Source: Octopus bimaculoides (taxonomy: Eukaryota). From it: a DNA stretch of 64,000 bases. The translations under genes were made by a program, and so were the position numbers. The notes under the pieces were generated by a model. That model was given only the letters and a program-made list of their open reading frames with translations. It did no database searches and was not told where the DNA came from. The stretch lies in NCBI RefSeq assembly GCF_001194135.2, contig NC_068981.1:36624200-36688199 (forward strand), read 5' to 3'. Below, in pieces: positions 36,993 through 50,219 of the stretch. How positions within the stretch are numbered: the first letter of the stretch is position 1; every line of letters starts with the position of its first letter.

Positions 36993-37695
36993 ATACAGTT
37001 TATAAACAATAAATTAATTTTGTGCACAACCCAATACAATTTATAAATACAATTATCCCTGTTCTATATGTGGCCTGTACATCTACATGGTGTGAATAAA
37101 ATAAAATGTAAACAGTTATTATAGCCCTTCCTTAACCCCACGTTACTTAAAAACAATTCTTTTGTATATCTTCTGGAAAAAAATGTTGTTTAAACTTTGT
37201 TTTTATATCACATCCTAACTATTTCACAAATTCCTTTTACTCTTCATAGTGTTATGAACATAAAAACATCTTTGGATTAAACAATCCTTTCAAATTATGA
37301 ACATCAAATTAAAAAAACATACTTGCTTTGTTAACCAGTCATATAGTATTTATTGTTTTAAGAAATAAGCAGAGGCCTAACTGCATGGTTAAACAGTTTG
37401 CCTTGCATATATGTGGTGTTTGGATTGACTGATGAGGTGTTTGTTGGATCATGGCTATTTTAGAAGACACTTGTCTAAGAAACTGGATGGTAGAACTGAA
37501 CCCAAAGCAGAACTTCTTAACCACATAACTATGCCTGTAATTAAAACAAAATGTAAACAAGAGTGAAGGTAATACAATGCAAAAGAATGAAAAGCAAGTA
37601 TTCTGGATGATTCCACCAATTATTAATTTTTTTCCTCTTGCCATTTCTAGACATTGCTTTAAAAATGTTACACACACGTATGTGTGTATGTGTGT

Positions 37696-37699
<4 letters not shown>

Positions 37700-37781
<82 letters not shown>
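37700..37781. repeat. (GA)n microsatellite
   Basis: About 40 pure GA units. Confidence 0.97.
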
Positions 37782-37784
<3 letters not shown>

Positions 37785-40700
37785 CCTTTTGGATAGTTTT
37801 GAAGTTGGAAACTTTATTTCTAATATACAGTTTTACCTGAAGACTATTGGATAATAGATTTATTAAAATTTTCTATCAATGGATGTACAGGAAATGAAAT
37901 CCACAGTCTTCAAAAACTAGACTACCCACCCATTCTCCTATTTACTTTTCTTTTTGTTGTTATTCTACCTTAATATAATCTTTATAAAATTTCTCTTAAA
38001 AGTGAAATCTTTAAAAATCAAAATATTTCCTTATTTCATTGAATACATTTTGCTCCAAGCTTCTATTAGTTAGATTGTCCTGTTTGCTTATAAAGAAAAA
38101 AATTCCTTTTGTGGGTTATAAAAAGTTACAATATAATTTTATATTTCTGAATATATGTACTTGAGTATGGTTTCTTAGAATTGATTCAGACAATTGTTAA
38201 TTCACAAAACTTTTTAAAAAGTACTCAGTTCTCAATGACACAACAGTGCTAACTAATTTAAATTTAGTCTGATTGATTTAATTGTGCAATTGGTATTACA
38301 GTTCATGTAGTATCAAATAGAGATTCTGTATGCAACACATCAAAACATTTCCTATTATAATGTTATGTATTATGTTTTGTCCAAACTACGGCAAGTCTTC
38401 TTTTGTGATTACTTTCCACCATCCTCAGGGAGCCTCTATGTAGTTGCTCAAGACACTAGAAAGAACAGGCTTATCTCCAGAAATTCATATCTTCTGATCT
38501 TGAAAAAGTGAAGGTCATATTGAATAATGTATTGCTAAATACATCTTGCTGAAAGGAAGAGAAACTGAGGAAGATACAGAGAGAAGATACTCGACCATTC
38601 AGAATGACACATCCAATACATGTTAAGTTGTGTATGGGATAGAAGTGGAGGAGGTCATGCCACATGAAGACAGAGAGAAAGAAAGAAAGAAAGGAAGAAA
38701 GAGAGAAAGAGAATGAATGAGAGAGAGAGAGAGAGACAGAGAGAGAATGTAGTGGTGGGAGATATCCTAAAAGCATAGGATAGTCCTGGATGGAATGTCT
38801 TTGATGAAAAGTATTTCAGGTCAGGGCTGCCCTGGGACTACAGAACAGCCTCAATATAAGAGCACATTTTGATTCTATTGATTTTACAAAAATAATTTCA
38901 GAAAAATAATTCTTTTTGATTTATACAATTTGCTTCTCTCCTTATTGAAAAAAAAAAAATTAATAACTCCCTTGTGTAATTAGTTTAATGTAGTCATTGA
39001 ATAGTTTCAGTCATATTTTTCCCTAAAAGCAGTCACCTTAAGAAATGTTTTCATTGAAGTTCTAGCGATAGATGTCATATTTTATTGTGGACGAATTGTC
39101 CTGAGAGTTTATCCTTTAAATATATCAATCTTTATTTTAGATACCATTGTGAATTTGTCTCAAAAATGTTACCTCTTACTCTGAGCAAGTTACATAAATA
39201 TATAAAATTATAATGCAGGAACAGTTGCTTTCTCTTTCTACTTATTTACCAGTCAATGTGTCAAAACTCTCTCAAGCTGAGTTGATAGCTTAATTAACTT
39301 GTAGTAACTAGCAGTATTTTGACAATCAAAGTGACTAGTTCAAATTTAACCCAACTGCTATGTATATATCCAGAAATGAGACATTTGATGATGATAGGAG
39401 ATTAGGCCAACCAAAATGTTGTATAGATGTGAATACTGAAATGGTTTAATCTGTTTATACAAGGTTAAATGAGAGAAGAATTATATTTGTAAGGATGTGT
39501 AATAAAATAATGATTGCTGAGTGAAACATTGGTACCACTGTTTGAAGTTTTGGGCAAAAAGTAGTGAGAGGAGACCTTGGGATGCTAAGATTCTAGGGGA
39601 AGATGACAAACAATTGAGAGATTGACATTATATTATATTGGATGGCAGGCCCATTCATCTGTTATAATATTGATAATGAATTGAAAGAAGACAATGAAGT
39701 AAAAGTAGAAAGGAAGCAAGAAATAAAGAAGGAAACAGAAGATGATACATAAAGTTGTGTTTGCCCCATGGTGTTCAATGAAGGCAATGACTTCAACCAT
39801 ATGACACCTCAACAGAAAACACATCCTTGAAAGGGAATTAAAACTGCTCCTGTCTATACTTCTGTATGTTTGAAGCGATGGAAGTGAAAGTATTTCATTT
39901 CACAAATGTGTGATATACTCACTGCCACTATGAAAGCTCTGTCATATGTGGTTTAAAGATATTTCAGCCATGATAGGTGACCATGACTGACTATATATCA
40001 CTTCAATAAGTGAAGCAATCATCAGGCACAAGTTCAAGAAACAACAACTGCTCCCACCTATATACACCTTCTATATACCTGAAACTATGGAAATGGCAGT
40101 ATTTCATTGTTGCAGATCTGTAGGACACTTCAACCACAAGAGCAAGACTGACCTTTAGTTGATTGTTTGTCAGTTATGAGCCATAGTCTTATTTTCTTGA
40201 CACAGATGCTAAACTAGAGCTAGGTTTTTATAAAGTGTGAAGCACATCAGACTTATTTTCTCATTCCCTCACAATTCACCCAGTTACTAGATAACATCAA
40301 AACAACTGAGTTTGTATGACGATGCAGGTGATAGCAAAAGTGGCTGAGGTTATCTCCAGATCTTGCACCACCATCTAACTTGGTGTATATCTGAACCATA
40401 AAATACCATTTCAGATGTTTGATTAGCATCATGACTTATTACCCAGTACAATATGTTACTGCCTGTATCTAATGTTCCTCCATTAACCAGCTACTGCCAG
40501 ATTTGAAGCTGTAGAGATGGAGGCTACTTATTTGTTTCATACCTCATTTGAATGAAATGAAAACATGCCACCCAACATACACATATTTAGTGTGTATATG
40601 CTCACATTACAGGATGTCTATTGACTCACCAGTGTCCATCTACTCTCTGACAGGTCTTGTTTCTTCATTCTAAGAATGTTCAGCTTCACACTCCTTCTCA

Positions 40701-41212
40701 GGGATTCATCAATCTCCACTCTCTGTGTGGGCAAGAAAGGGACAGTTTGATAGAATCTAACAAGTTGGAGGCCTGCATAGTGCTCCAGTGTCTGTTTTAG
40801 CAAGGTTTCTTTTTCATGGCACAAAAACTACAGGGGTTATCTTGCAGCTTGCAAGACTAAAGAATCTAAAGAGGTCTCAATAACTGAAAGAGAATGGGAA
40901 AGAAAAGGAAAGATAGTGACAGCTAGCTAGACAGATTAGATAGAGAGACAAATTATGTGATGATTTCAGGTAAGGTGATGAGAGAAGGTAAAGCATAATG
41001 AGTGGAATAGATTTACAGTGGTGAGAGAATGATAATGGAATGGAGAGAAAAACAGTACAATGCTATGGGGGAGGGAGGGGAGATGGAATGAATTAGTGCT
41101 AGGGGTTAGTAAAAAAAGAGAGGGATAGATTGGTGTGAGAGATAAGGTGAATCGTGTAGAAGGAATCAAGGACTACCCTACATATGGGTGGAGACATGAG
41201 AAACAGAAAATA

Positions 41213-42504
41213 TGAGGTGGCATCAAAAAGTTCCCGGACTAGTTTTATAACATGCCAACAGATGGCAGCACATGGTTGTGTGTGCAGTGAGAGCTAACAG
41301 TGACCTTCATGAGACAGTTTGCTGAGTGACATTGCCGTGTTTACTTTGCAAGTTGTGAAATTTGTGTTTTTATGATCATGTGTATGCTGTAGTCTGCAAT
41401 TTTGTCATGGGCAGGAATAAAGAGCCAACTTTGTGTTAAACTTGGGCAGTCTGCAACAGAGACATCGAGCATGCTTTGGCAAGCTTATGGCGATGAGGCA
41501 ATGGGTCTTATGCAATGTTTCGAGTGGCACAAGTGCTTCAGAAGTGCAAGAACGTTCCTGGGAAATGATAAGCGATCTGGAAGACCTACCACAAGTGTCA
41601 CCCCTGGAAATGTGGAGAAAATTCATAAGCTTGGGCATGAGGATCGTTGGAGGACAATCAGTGATGTTGCTGATGTTGTTAGTTTGTTGTATGGGTTCGT
41701 GCAGATAAACCTAATGTCTGAATTGAACATGCGGTGTGTCTGCCAAGTTTGTCCCCTGTCTGCTGACCACTGAGCAAAAAGAACATTGCACTGAAGTCTA
41801 TCAAGATCTCCATCATTGTGCCACTGATGACCCATCCTTCATGTCAAGGATCATCACTAGTGACAATTGTTGAATCTATGGGTATGGCCCTGTTATGAAG
41901 CAGCAGTCATCACAATGGAAGAGGTTTTCATCTCCTCAACTGAAGACAGTACGACAGAACTGCAGCTCAATGAAGAACATGCTCATCGTTTTTTTCGACA
42001 TCCACAGTATTGTGCATCAAGAATTAGTCCCCCAGGGCCGGACTGTCAATTGAGAGTTCTACTGTAACTTTTTGAGGCATTTGAAAGAGAATACTTGGTA
42101 AAAGCAACTGGATCTGTGGAACACTAAGAATTGAATTCTTCATGACAACAATGCACCCTCCTCACTCGTGAGTTTCTTGCCAAAAGCAACATGGTATCAC
42201 TTCTGCACCTGCCCTATTTGCCAGATTTAACACCTGCAGACTTCCATCTCTTCCCCAAGATGGAAATGCAACTCAAGGGTCACCGTTTTAATACTGTTGT
42301 CGAGATCCCAAGTGTATCACAGAAGGTTCTCCACTTACTTATGGAAAATGACTTACAGGCCAGATTCCAAAAATAGCAGGAAGACTTGGACTGGCGTATT
42401 GCTGTGTAAGGTGACTATTTTGAAGATGATGATGTTAAAACTTAGGTAAATAAGTTATTTCTTATTAAATATAACTAGCACAGGAGCTTTTTGATACCAT
42501 CTCA
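41213..42504 (+). mobile_element. Complete mariner transposon, 1292 bp
   Basis: TIRs TGAGGTGGCATCAAAAAGTTCCCGGACTAGTT / AACTAGCACAGGAGCTTTTTGATACCATCTCA, with TA on both sides. Confidence 0.92.
41407..42445 (+). pseudogene. Disrupted mariner (DD34D-type) transposase
   Basis: FCVKLGQSATET, SGRP, AKFVP, IITSD, LHDNNAP, YLPDLTPADFHLF, GDYFE. Several in-frame stops and frameshifts. Confidence 0.9.
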
Positions 42505-42694
42505 TAGATGAGGTTCCAGGAAGAGTCATTGAAGGAAAGAGAGGAATGGGTTTCTTGGTAGTAGGTCAGAAGGGGGGAGATGACAGGGATTTGAGGTGGT
42601 AGAGAAGCTATGAGGAGCTTATTTGTGTCCCATTATTCATGAACACTAACATGCACACTAACATTACATATACTTGATCCATTTTATTTTTGTT

Positions 42695-43510
42695 GTCTTT
42701 GTACATCCTATGCATTCAGTAGCCATGATTTTGCTATCATGTAATATTAGATTTTGTACACAATCATCATACAATGCGCCTTTCACTTGGAGAGAAAAGT
42801 TTTTTTGTTGCCAATAGAGTTTATTTTTCCCTTTTCATCACACTGTCAATTATGATCTGAAGACACTCACTTTAACTGCTAGTTAGATCTCATAAGTAAG
42901 ACAAGATGTCTACTACTCGTCGAGCAAGTTTACCAGGCTTTCAAAAACGTTTTGTTGGTGTTCTTCCTTTTAACCAATCCAATGCATCTGCTTAATTCAA
43001 AGCCCTTCTTTTCTGTCAGACTGTCTATGATCCAATTGCCCAATTGCATCTCTTGTGCACCCATAATTTACATTGGGTACACAATACAAAATTCTTACCT
43101 ATAACTGATCATAGATGTTCTCTTGGTAGCAATAGAGTTCTGTATTCTTACTTGCTAACTAGAAGTTTAACCTTCGACAGTTTTACTTATGGAATTGCCA
43201 GTATATAGGAATTCCAATGGATAGCATGTGATAGTCTGGAGAACTATAATGAAATGGCTGAAAACTTGTCCCTAATGGAGACATCCATGTAAGCTAAATT
43301 CTTTTATGAACTCGTTGCTAATTCTCATCTTGCTAACATAGTGGGTGCAGCTCTCACAAGCCAGTCTGCTATACCCAGTTTTCTTAGTAAGCACTAAACT
43401 ACAAGATGAAAGACCCTGTCAAAGATTTTTTCCAGGTAAATGAATGCTAGGTAGCATAGTTGCTTGTTCTTAACAGAACTTCTGTGGATTTGACTGTATA
43501 ACCTTCAACT
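42695..43510 (-). mobile_element. RTE-clade LINE, RT-region fragment
   Basis: Reverse strand traces: AFI.LEK.FDRV, LRKLGIADWLVRA, H.GQV.S, Cys-rich ILC.QCKLWVHKRC insert, SLQVKG.LYD.CV. Confidence 0.8.
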
Positions 43511-44124
43511 TTAATAACTAACTCTTTGTTGGGCCAACTTGAGAAAGCTTCTCCCCTCTCTCTTTCTTTGCCTGTCTCTGTCTGTTTGTCTCTATCTCTC
43601 TCTCCCACTCATTCTACTTTTTCAACAATTGTAGCATTTACATGTCTCTTTCTTCTCAATATCAGTGTCATACAGAAAAATGTTGATATATTTGCACTAG
43701 TGTAATGCATGTGCATGAATGTGTAAGTGTTTAAAAACTCTGTGTATGCATGTGTATGCATGTGTATACCATATGCTTGCATGAGTGTTTACATATGTTC
43801 ATTCCAGGAAACTCAAATGAAAATATCTTTGGAACATTTCGGAAATCTCCACTTACAACTAATGAATTGGGTTTGAAAAATGTAAATTAGGTTACTCTGT
43901 TCCATCTTGGAAATCTCCAGAATTCTGAGGCTTTTATGTCAATGTTTGAACTAGTGCAGTTATGATAACAGGTATAAATGAAAATCTATAACTCAGAGAC
44001 AAGAGCTATACATTCTTTATTAGTGCACCATAGATGCTCCTTTTTTTTCATTACTTTAGACATGACATTCACATCTACCAGACACATGACATATACAACA
44101 GCACATGACTTATGATTCCTGTCT

Positions 44125-44300
44125 CATATGTACGTATGTACGTATGTATGTATGCATGCATGTATGTATGTATGTATGTATGTATGTATGTATGAATGTA
44201 CGCATGTATGAATGCATGTATGCATGAATGTATGTGTGTATGTGTGGTGATGGTGTATGTATGTATATGTGTGTGTGTGTGTACGTGTGTATGTGTACCT
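44125..44300. repeat. (TATG)n/(TG)n compound microsatellite
   Basis: Direct observation. Confidence 0.9.
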
Positions 44301-45578
44301 ATGTATGGAAAATTACCTCAAATGCATTTTCATAGCCAGCCAGTGTGAGATAGTTTGGTAAAATTTGGAAATCTATATGCTGGAGAATTTGTTTATACAA
44401 GTAGATATCCTTTTGACTTTTAACCTCTCATCTATAGAGGAGGAATGACACTAATTAGTAAACGAAGGATACTAAGGCAAGAAAAGTTACGTCTTGTACA
44501 GTAGTGAGGTTTTTAATCATTATATGACTTGTATTCTTAAGAAGAATACAAGAATGCATTCTGTGTTCTCTGTCTCTAACTATCTCAGCTATACATGTAC
44601 ACACTGATATATAGATATATATGCATACATACACACATGTGCACATGTGTATGTGTGTGTGTGGTTTTGTGTGTGTATGTATTAGGTGTGTGTGCTTACA
44701 GCTGCACACACATTGTGTTAAATTATGCCTGCGAGTAAATATTGTTTCTATTCAAAATCCATCAACTACCATATAGTTGATGTCAATATTTCACCTTTGC
44801 ATGGCCAATAAAATACCTTCCATCATGGAGTTGACTGAATTGACTGCACCACCCTCTTACAAGTGTATGGCCTTGTGCCAATGTTAGAAATCAATATTTC
44901 ACTTCCTTAATCTATGTCTTTATATGTGATAAAATCATTTTAGAAGTATCAAAATCTATTAGCTATTGACTCCTTTGAGTATTTCCATTTTTATGTTACA
45001 TCTGAAGCCCATAGCCTTTAGGTGAATTATTTAAACTATGCTCTTATGATCTCCATTTAAAATTTCTACAGGTTATAATATAGATAACTTATGTTCATAT
45101 GAATTTAGGGGTCAGCTGAAGTCATTAAAGGACTTTAGTAACCTTCAAATAAAATGTACCTTTAGGTCATACCAGTGTTACTGAAGTGATAAATTAATAG
45201 TTATTTGGCTGTACATGAAAGATGGTTTAGAAGCAGTAATGTTTTAAGGCACAACACTTGCAAAAGAAAGCCTTTTTAGAATAGAAGCAAATCCAGTTGG
45301 TGACATTTGTTTTGATTTCTAGTTCAAACCATTTCGTTTCACTTTTGAAGCTAACATAGAAAAGAAATAGCTATGTGGGTAGTGCATTGTACAGCATGCA
45401 CGTATAAAAGAAGAGTTCAATTTAACTACACATGCATTGTCATAATTCTTTGCAAAGCAACTCTTCAAGTTGCAGTTATAAAAAGATCATTAGAAAACAA
45501 TCTTTCCTGCAACCATATAGAGACTCTCTTGTTAGGAAATTTATGCACGTTGCAAATTTTGATCTCTTTTTTTTCTAG

Positions 45579-45599
45579 TACTGCCACAGATTCCTTAAT
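45579..45599 (+). CDS. Candidate 21-nt micro-exon (YCHRFLN or STATDSLM frame)
   Basis: TCTCTTTTTTTTCTAG acceptor and perfect AAT|GTAAGT donor. Length is a multiple of 3. Confidence 0.35.
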
Positions 45600-46069
45600 G
45601 TAAGTTTGGCCCTTGTCAGTTAGCATGTGCAAAAAATGTTAAGAATTGCATAAAACTTCAGAACACATCTTTGGCTCTTTTATTTATTTTAGTCATTGGA
45701 CTATGACCATGTTGGTGCATCTCTTTGAATATTGTATTGTGTTCCTATTCATGCATCAAGAATTCTAATCTATTTTTCATAATTTCACTATTTTTCTAAA
45801 TCAGATGTTTTATTTTAGGCTGATTAATTTTGTATAGCTACTGGAAATAGGAACTAGATCATCAGAGAATGCTAACTGAAATAGACATGCATCCTGTTTA
45901 GGAGAAAATTTTATCATTCATGCATGTCATACTATGAAACCATACTTAAGTATTGGTGCAGATAATAAGACATTGAAAATGAAAGCCATATTCTACAAGA
46001 CATTATCATGAAAATTTTAGGTACAAATCTAAACTTAAATTCTCTTAGACTGAAATGTTGAAGATACAT

Positions 46070-46272
46070 ATCATCATCATCATCATCATTATCATCATTT
46101 AACGTCTGCTTTCCATGCTGGCATGAATTGGATGGTTTGACTGAGGACTGGTGAGCCAGAAGGCTGCACCATGCTCGAATGGTGCTATTTATGTGCCACC
46201 AGCACGGGAGCCAGTCAGCAGCCCTGGCAATGATCATGCTCGGATGGTGCTCTTAACGTTCCACTAGCACGG
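46070..46272 (-). mobile_element. SINE tail plus two array units
   Basis: (TCA)n-TTTAACGTCTGCTTTCCATGCTGGCATG, with two inverted copies of the 66-bp unit. Confidence 0.75.
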
Positions 46273-47205
46273 TTCTTCAAAATATGAGGAATATTCTAGA
46301 AGAAATCTCACTGGAAATTAAAATATTGTGAAAACTTTTGATGGAGAGATTACAAATGGAGAATATTAAGAATAATGTTTTTCTTTGTTTGTTGCTTTTT
46401 TACTTCTGGCTGTTGCAAGGATTTCCATTTTGCTGAACTTGTTTTCTCTTTGTCAAATTCACTTAATCACATCCAATTTTCTTCTTCTCTATGCCCATAC
46501 TCTATTTTTCCTACAACATTCCCCTTTCTTTTTGGATTAAACATTGCTTTTCTTGGAACTTCTTTGCTGTCTGTATCTTCCCACTAAGAATTATCAAATG
46601 ACAATTACAGCCACTACTGCTACAACAGCAGTAACAAGAACAATATTAACGAATGAAAGGGTGAACAATAGATGGAGAACTGTCTTAGCCTTGGCACAGA
46701 AAAGTTGATAAAAATTATAATAAAAGAAAAATGTTTAGCGATTGAAATTAAAATTTGAAATAATTTAAAGCAACATGTAATGTGAAAGGTCAGGGAGAGA
46801 AGCAATTTAAGCTAATAAGCTTGCTTCTCATGTTTCAAATAAACTGAAACTTGTAAAAAAAAAACTGTATTAAAGAGAGATGGAAATAACTAGAAACTTT
46901 AAAAAAGTTAAAAATCACACACACACACACTCTATAACTAAAATGGAAGAAAAGAAATTTTGAAAAGTTAAAGGAAATTTAATACCTAAATTTGTAAAAA
47001 TTTGTATTTTATGTTATCCCATTAGTAATAATTTCATGAACTTCAAACCAATAATAATAATAATGATAGTTGTTGTTGCTGTTATTGTTATTATTATTAT
47101 TATTATTATTGTAAATTTTTAGCTTAAGTTATGGCTTCTTTTTTCTTATAAGCATTAGCATTTATGAGAGTAATTTTTACTTCAGAAAAGATTCTCAATG
47201 ATTCT

Positions 47206-47215
47206 NNNNNNNNNN
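47206..47215. other. Assembly gap (10 N)
   Basis: N-run, followed by (CA)n/(TATG)n. Confidence 1.
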
Positions 47216-47260
<45 letters not shown>

Positions 47261-47286
47261 TATATATATTAAGTATATATATGTAC

Positions 47287-47317
<31 letters not shown>

Positions 47318-48371
47318 TATTAAAGTATGTGGTTGCTTTGGGTTTTATGGTTCACTTTTTACTTTACTAAAACTTTAATCAGACATCCATTCTAGCATTG
47401 TAATTTGAAAATTTTGGGGGAACATTATTGATAATGAAATATGATGTACATCTTTAGCAAAAAAACAGAAAGAGATAGAAAAAGGAAAATAAAAAAAGAA
47501 TTACCAATTACTTTGTCAGATTTTAATGCCCATTCAAGAACATTGTTATGATAATCTTGGCTCTCTTTGAATTCCATTGCAGTTGAGTCATCGTGCCTAA
47601 AGTCTATTTTACCAGTTGCATGTGAAAACTCCTGGGAGAAGTTCTATGAAAGAAAGGAAAATAAGTAAACAAATAAAACCTGCACCAACTAACAAGTTTT
47701 CTTCTTGAAGCTGCAAAACTACTTTGAGTAATGACAGCCACAAATAGTTGGTGGAGCAAAAATTTAAAAATATTATCTCCCATTGGAATTATAAGAATAA
47801 TGGTCATTTTCAATATCTTAAATTACTCAAATAGGATGATAGAATGAGAGAAAGGGAGAGTTGGATATTTATAATATTGATTGCAAAAATATCTCTTGAT
47901 GTTTTTATCTATTTATTTTTAATGTGTATTTTACTTGAATTTTCAGTGTTGCATACAGAATAAAGATTATAGTTGTTGTTGGTGTTGTGATGGTGGTTGT
48001 AGTAGTAGTGGGGTGCAGACGATATTGCTAAATCTTCATGATTCATAGATTTATTTTTGTATTTAACAGACATGATTAAGTTCTTATGGATAGTTCAATG
48101 TAAGTAGCTGTTAACTTTCTGTCAGGTTTATCGCAATACTTTCCTTCAACAACTCCTAAATGGTAACAGTCAGGCTAATATGCTTTATATCATTTTCCTG
48201 AAAGCAATTGTATCAACAATAAAATAGATACTATTTATACTATTTACTGACTTGTATGCATCTAACATGAAATATAAGAAAGCTGATAACTTTATCTTAT
48301 TCTATAAACATTTGATTAATCGAAAAATATGTCCACTCTCACCAGATTTTTGTCATTATCAGAATTTAATG

Positions 48372-48402
<31 letters not shown>

Positions 48403-48487
48403 GAATTAAGTAAATGACAGGGGAGGGGAACAGGAATTTGACTTCTAACATCAGATTATTAGTTTTGTAATGCATAAATGAAATTTT

Positions 48488-48586
<99 letters not shown>

Positions 48587-48590
48587 ACAT
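48372..48590. repeat. Two (CA)n microsatellites
   Basis: At 48372-48400 and 48490-48590. Confidence 0.95.
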
Positions 48591-49149
48591 ATATTTACAT
48601 AGTTTACTGCTCCATTATAGGTAGGATCAACAAAAAAAATGCACTCTATTCAGTGAGAGATAAATAATTTAATAATGATAATAATTTATAAGAGAGTTAC
48701 TAATAGATTCCTACTGTAGAGATACATTAATTTGGCATATTTATATAACATGCCATGTGTTTCCAAGCAATCTTCCAGGCTCAGTGTATACCATTAGACC
48801 TATTTGAATAATAGGATGATGGTCAATGAGAATATATGAGGAAAAACAGGAAGAAAAATGTGAAGAAGGTTGATGCAAAAAGTGAAATGAGAAAAAAGAA
48901 AAGTAAGAAAATCAGGATCGTCATTTGACTTGTCTGTAGAAATTATAATTAATCCGGCTGATGTAGAATAATATAATGGAGGGGAGGTTAATGTCTGTGA
49001 GATAGCTACTCATTCTGGGAAGAGTGGTGTTTTCTAATTTGCATTTGCTAAAAAATTTGGATCAACCTTTTTCACATTTTGTCCCTCTTTCTTTTTTCTC
49101 ATGTTTTCTCATAGACCAGCATCCTGGTTTTCAAATGGGTATAATGGCA

Positions 49150-50015
49150 TGCACTGAGCCTGAAAGATTCCTTGAAGACACATCAGATGTTATATAAGAA
49201 GCAAAGGAAAAGGGAGAGTTTAAACAAAACAGACAAAATGAGACCTTGAACAGATGGAAAGGAAAGAAAATGTATAGTCAATTCTTGCAGGAAATGCCTG
49301 AAACAGTCGACAAAGATAAGATCTGGGAATGGACTAAGTAAAGTGACTTGAAACTTGAAACTGAAGCCCTTATCTTTGCAGCCTGAGAACAGGCATTGAG
49401 AACAAACTATATGAAGTTCAATCTTGACAAGCCAGTGAGAAAGGTTGAAACAACAAACCACATTATTAGTGAATGTAAGATGCTTACACAAAAAGATTAC
49501 AAGAGGAGGCACAACATTGCCAGATTGGTTCACTGGAAGCTCTGTTATGACATGAGTAGAAGCGGGAAATGTTATGAGCACCAACTGGGAAAGGTTGCTG
49601 AAAATGACCAATATAAGATCCTGTGGGACATGACCAATTTATTGCAGCAAGAAAACCTAACAGTGTTGTCATAGAAATGAAGAACAAAACATTTATTCTG
49701 GATGTTGGTTCATTGTGGGACCATAAGGTGAATGAAAAAAGGAAAGTGAGAAAGTGGAGAAATATCAGGAGCTGAAGCAAAAAATCAGGTAACTAAAGAG
49801 AATCAGGCACATAGAAGTGGTTGGCACACTAGGAATAGTTAGTTAAAGGTTGGATGCATGGCATGAGAAGCTAGGAATTACCATCAGAATGAGTTTGTTG
49901 CAGAAAACATCTTTGTTAAGACTAGCAAGGATTTTAGGGAAGGTGTTAGAAAGTTGAAAAAGGAATGACCCAATGGGCCTTTGACTATTTGATATGACTT
50001 GCTATTTTGGTATAG
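49150..50015 (+). mobile_element. 5'-truncated R4/Dong-like non-LTR retrotransposon (restriction-like endonuclease region)
   Basis: RWKGKKMYSQF...WEW..SDLKLETEALIFAA*EQALRTN...ETTNHIISEC...DYKRRHN...KILWD...EKYQEL...LQKTSLL. Stops and frameshifts present. Confidence 0.8.
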
Positions 50016-50020
50016 TGTTG

Positions 50021-50219
50021 GTTTCGTGCCGGTGGCACGTAAAAGCACCCACTACACACTCGGAGTGGTTGGCATTAGGAAGGGCATCCAGCTGTAGAAA
50101 CTCTGCCAAATCAGATTGGAGCCTGGTGTAGCCATCTGGTTCACCAGTCCTCAGTCAAATCATCTGACCCATGCTAGCATGGAAAGCTGATGTTAAACGA
50201 TGATGATGATGATGATGAT
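50021..50219 (+). mobile_element. SINE 3' half with (GAT)n tail, well preserved
   Basis: GGTGGCACGTAAAAGCACCC...GGAAGGGCATCCAGCTGTAGAAAC...GTTAAAC(GAT)n. Confidence 0.88.

Noticed and set aside
43020-43208. 62-codon open + frame behind a good acceptor
   Set aside because: It is the antisense of the RTE RT fragment on the minus strand.
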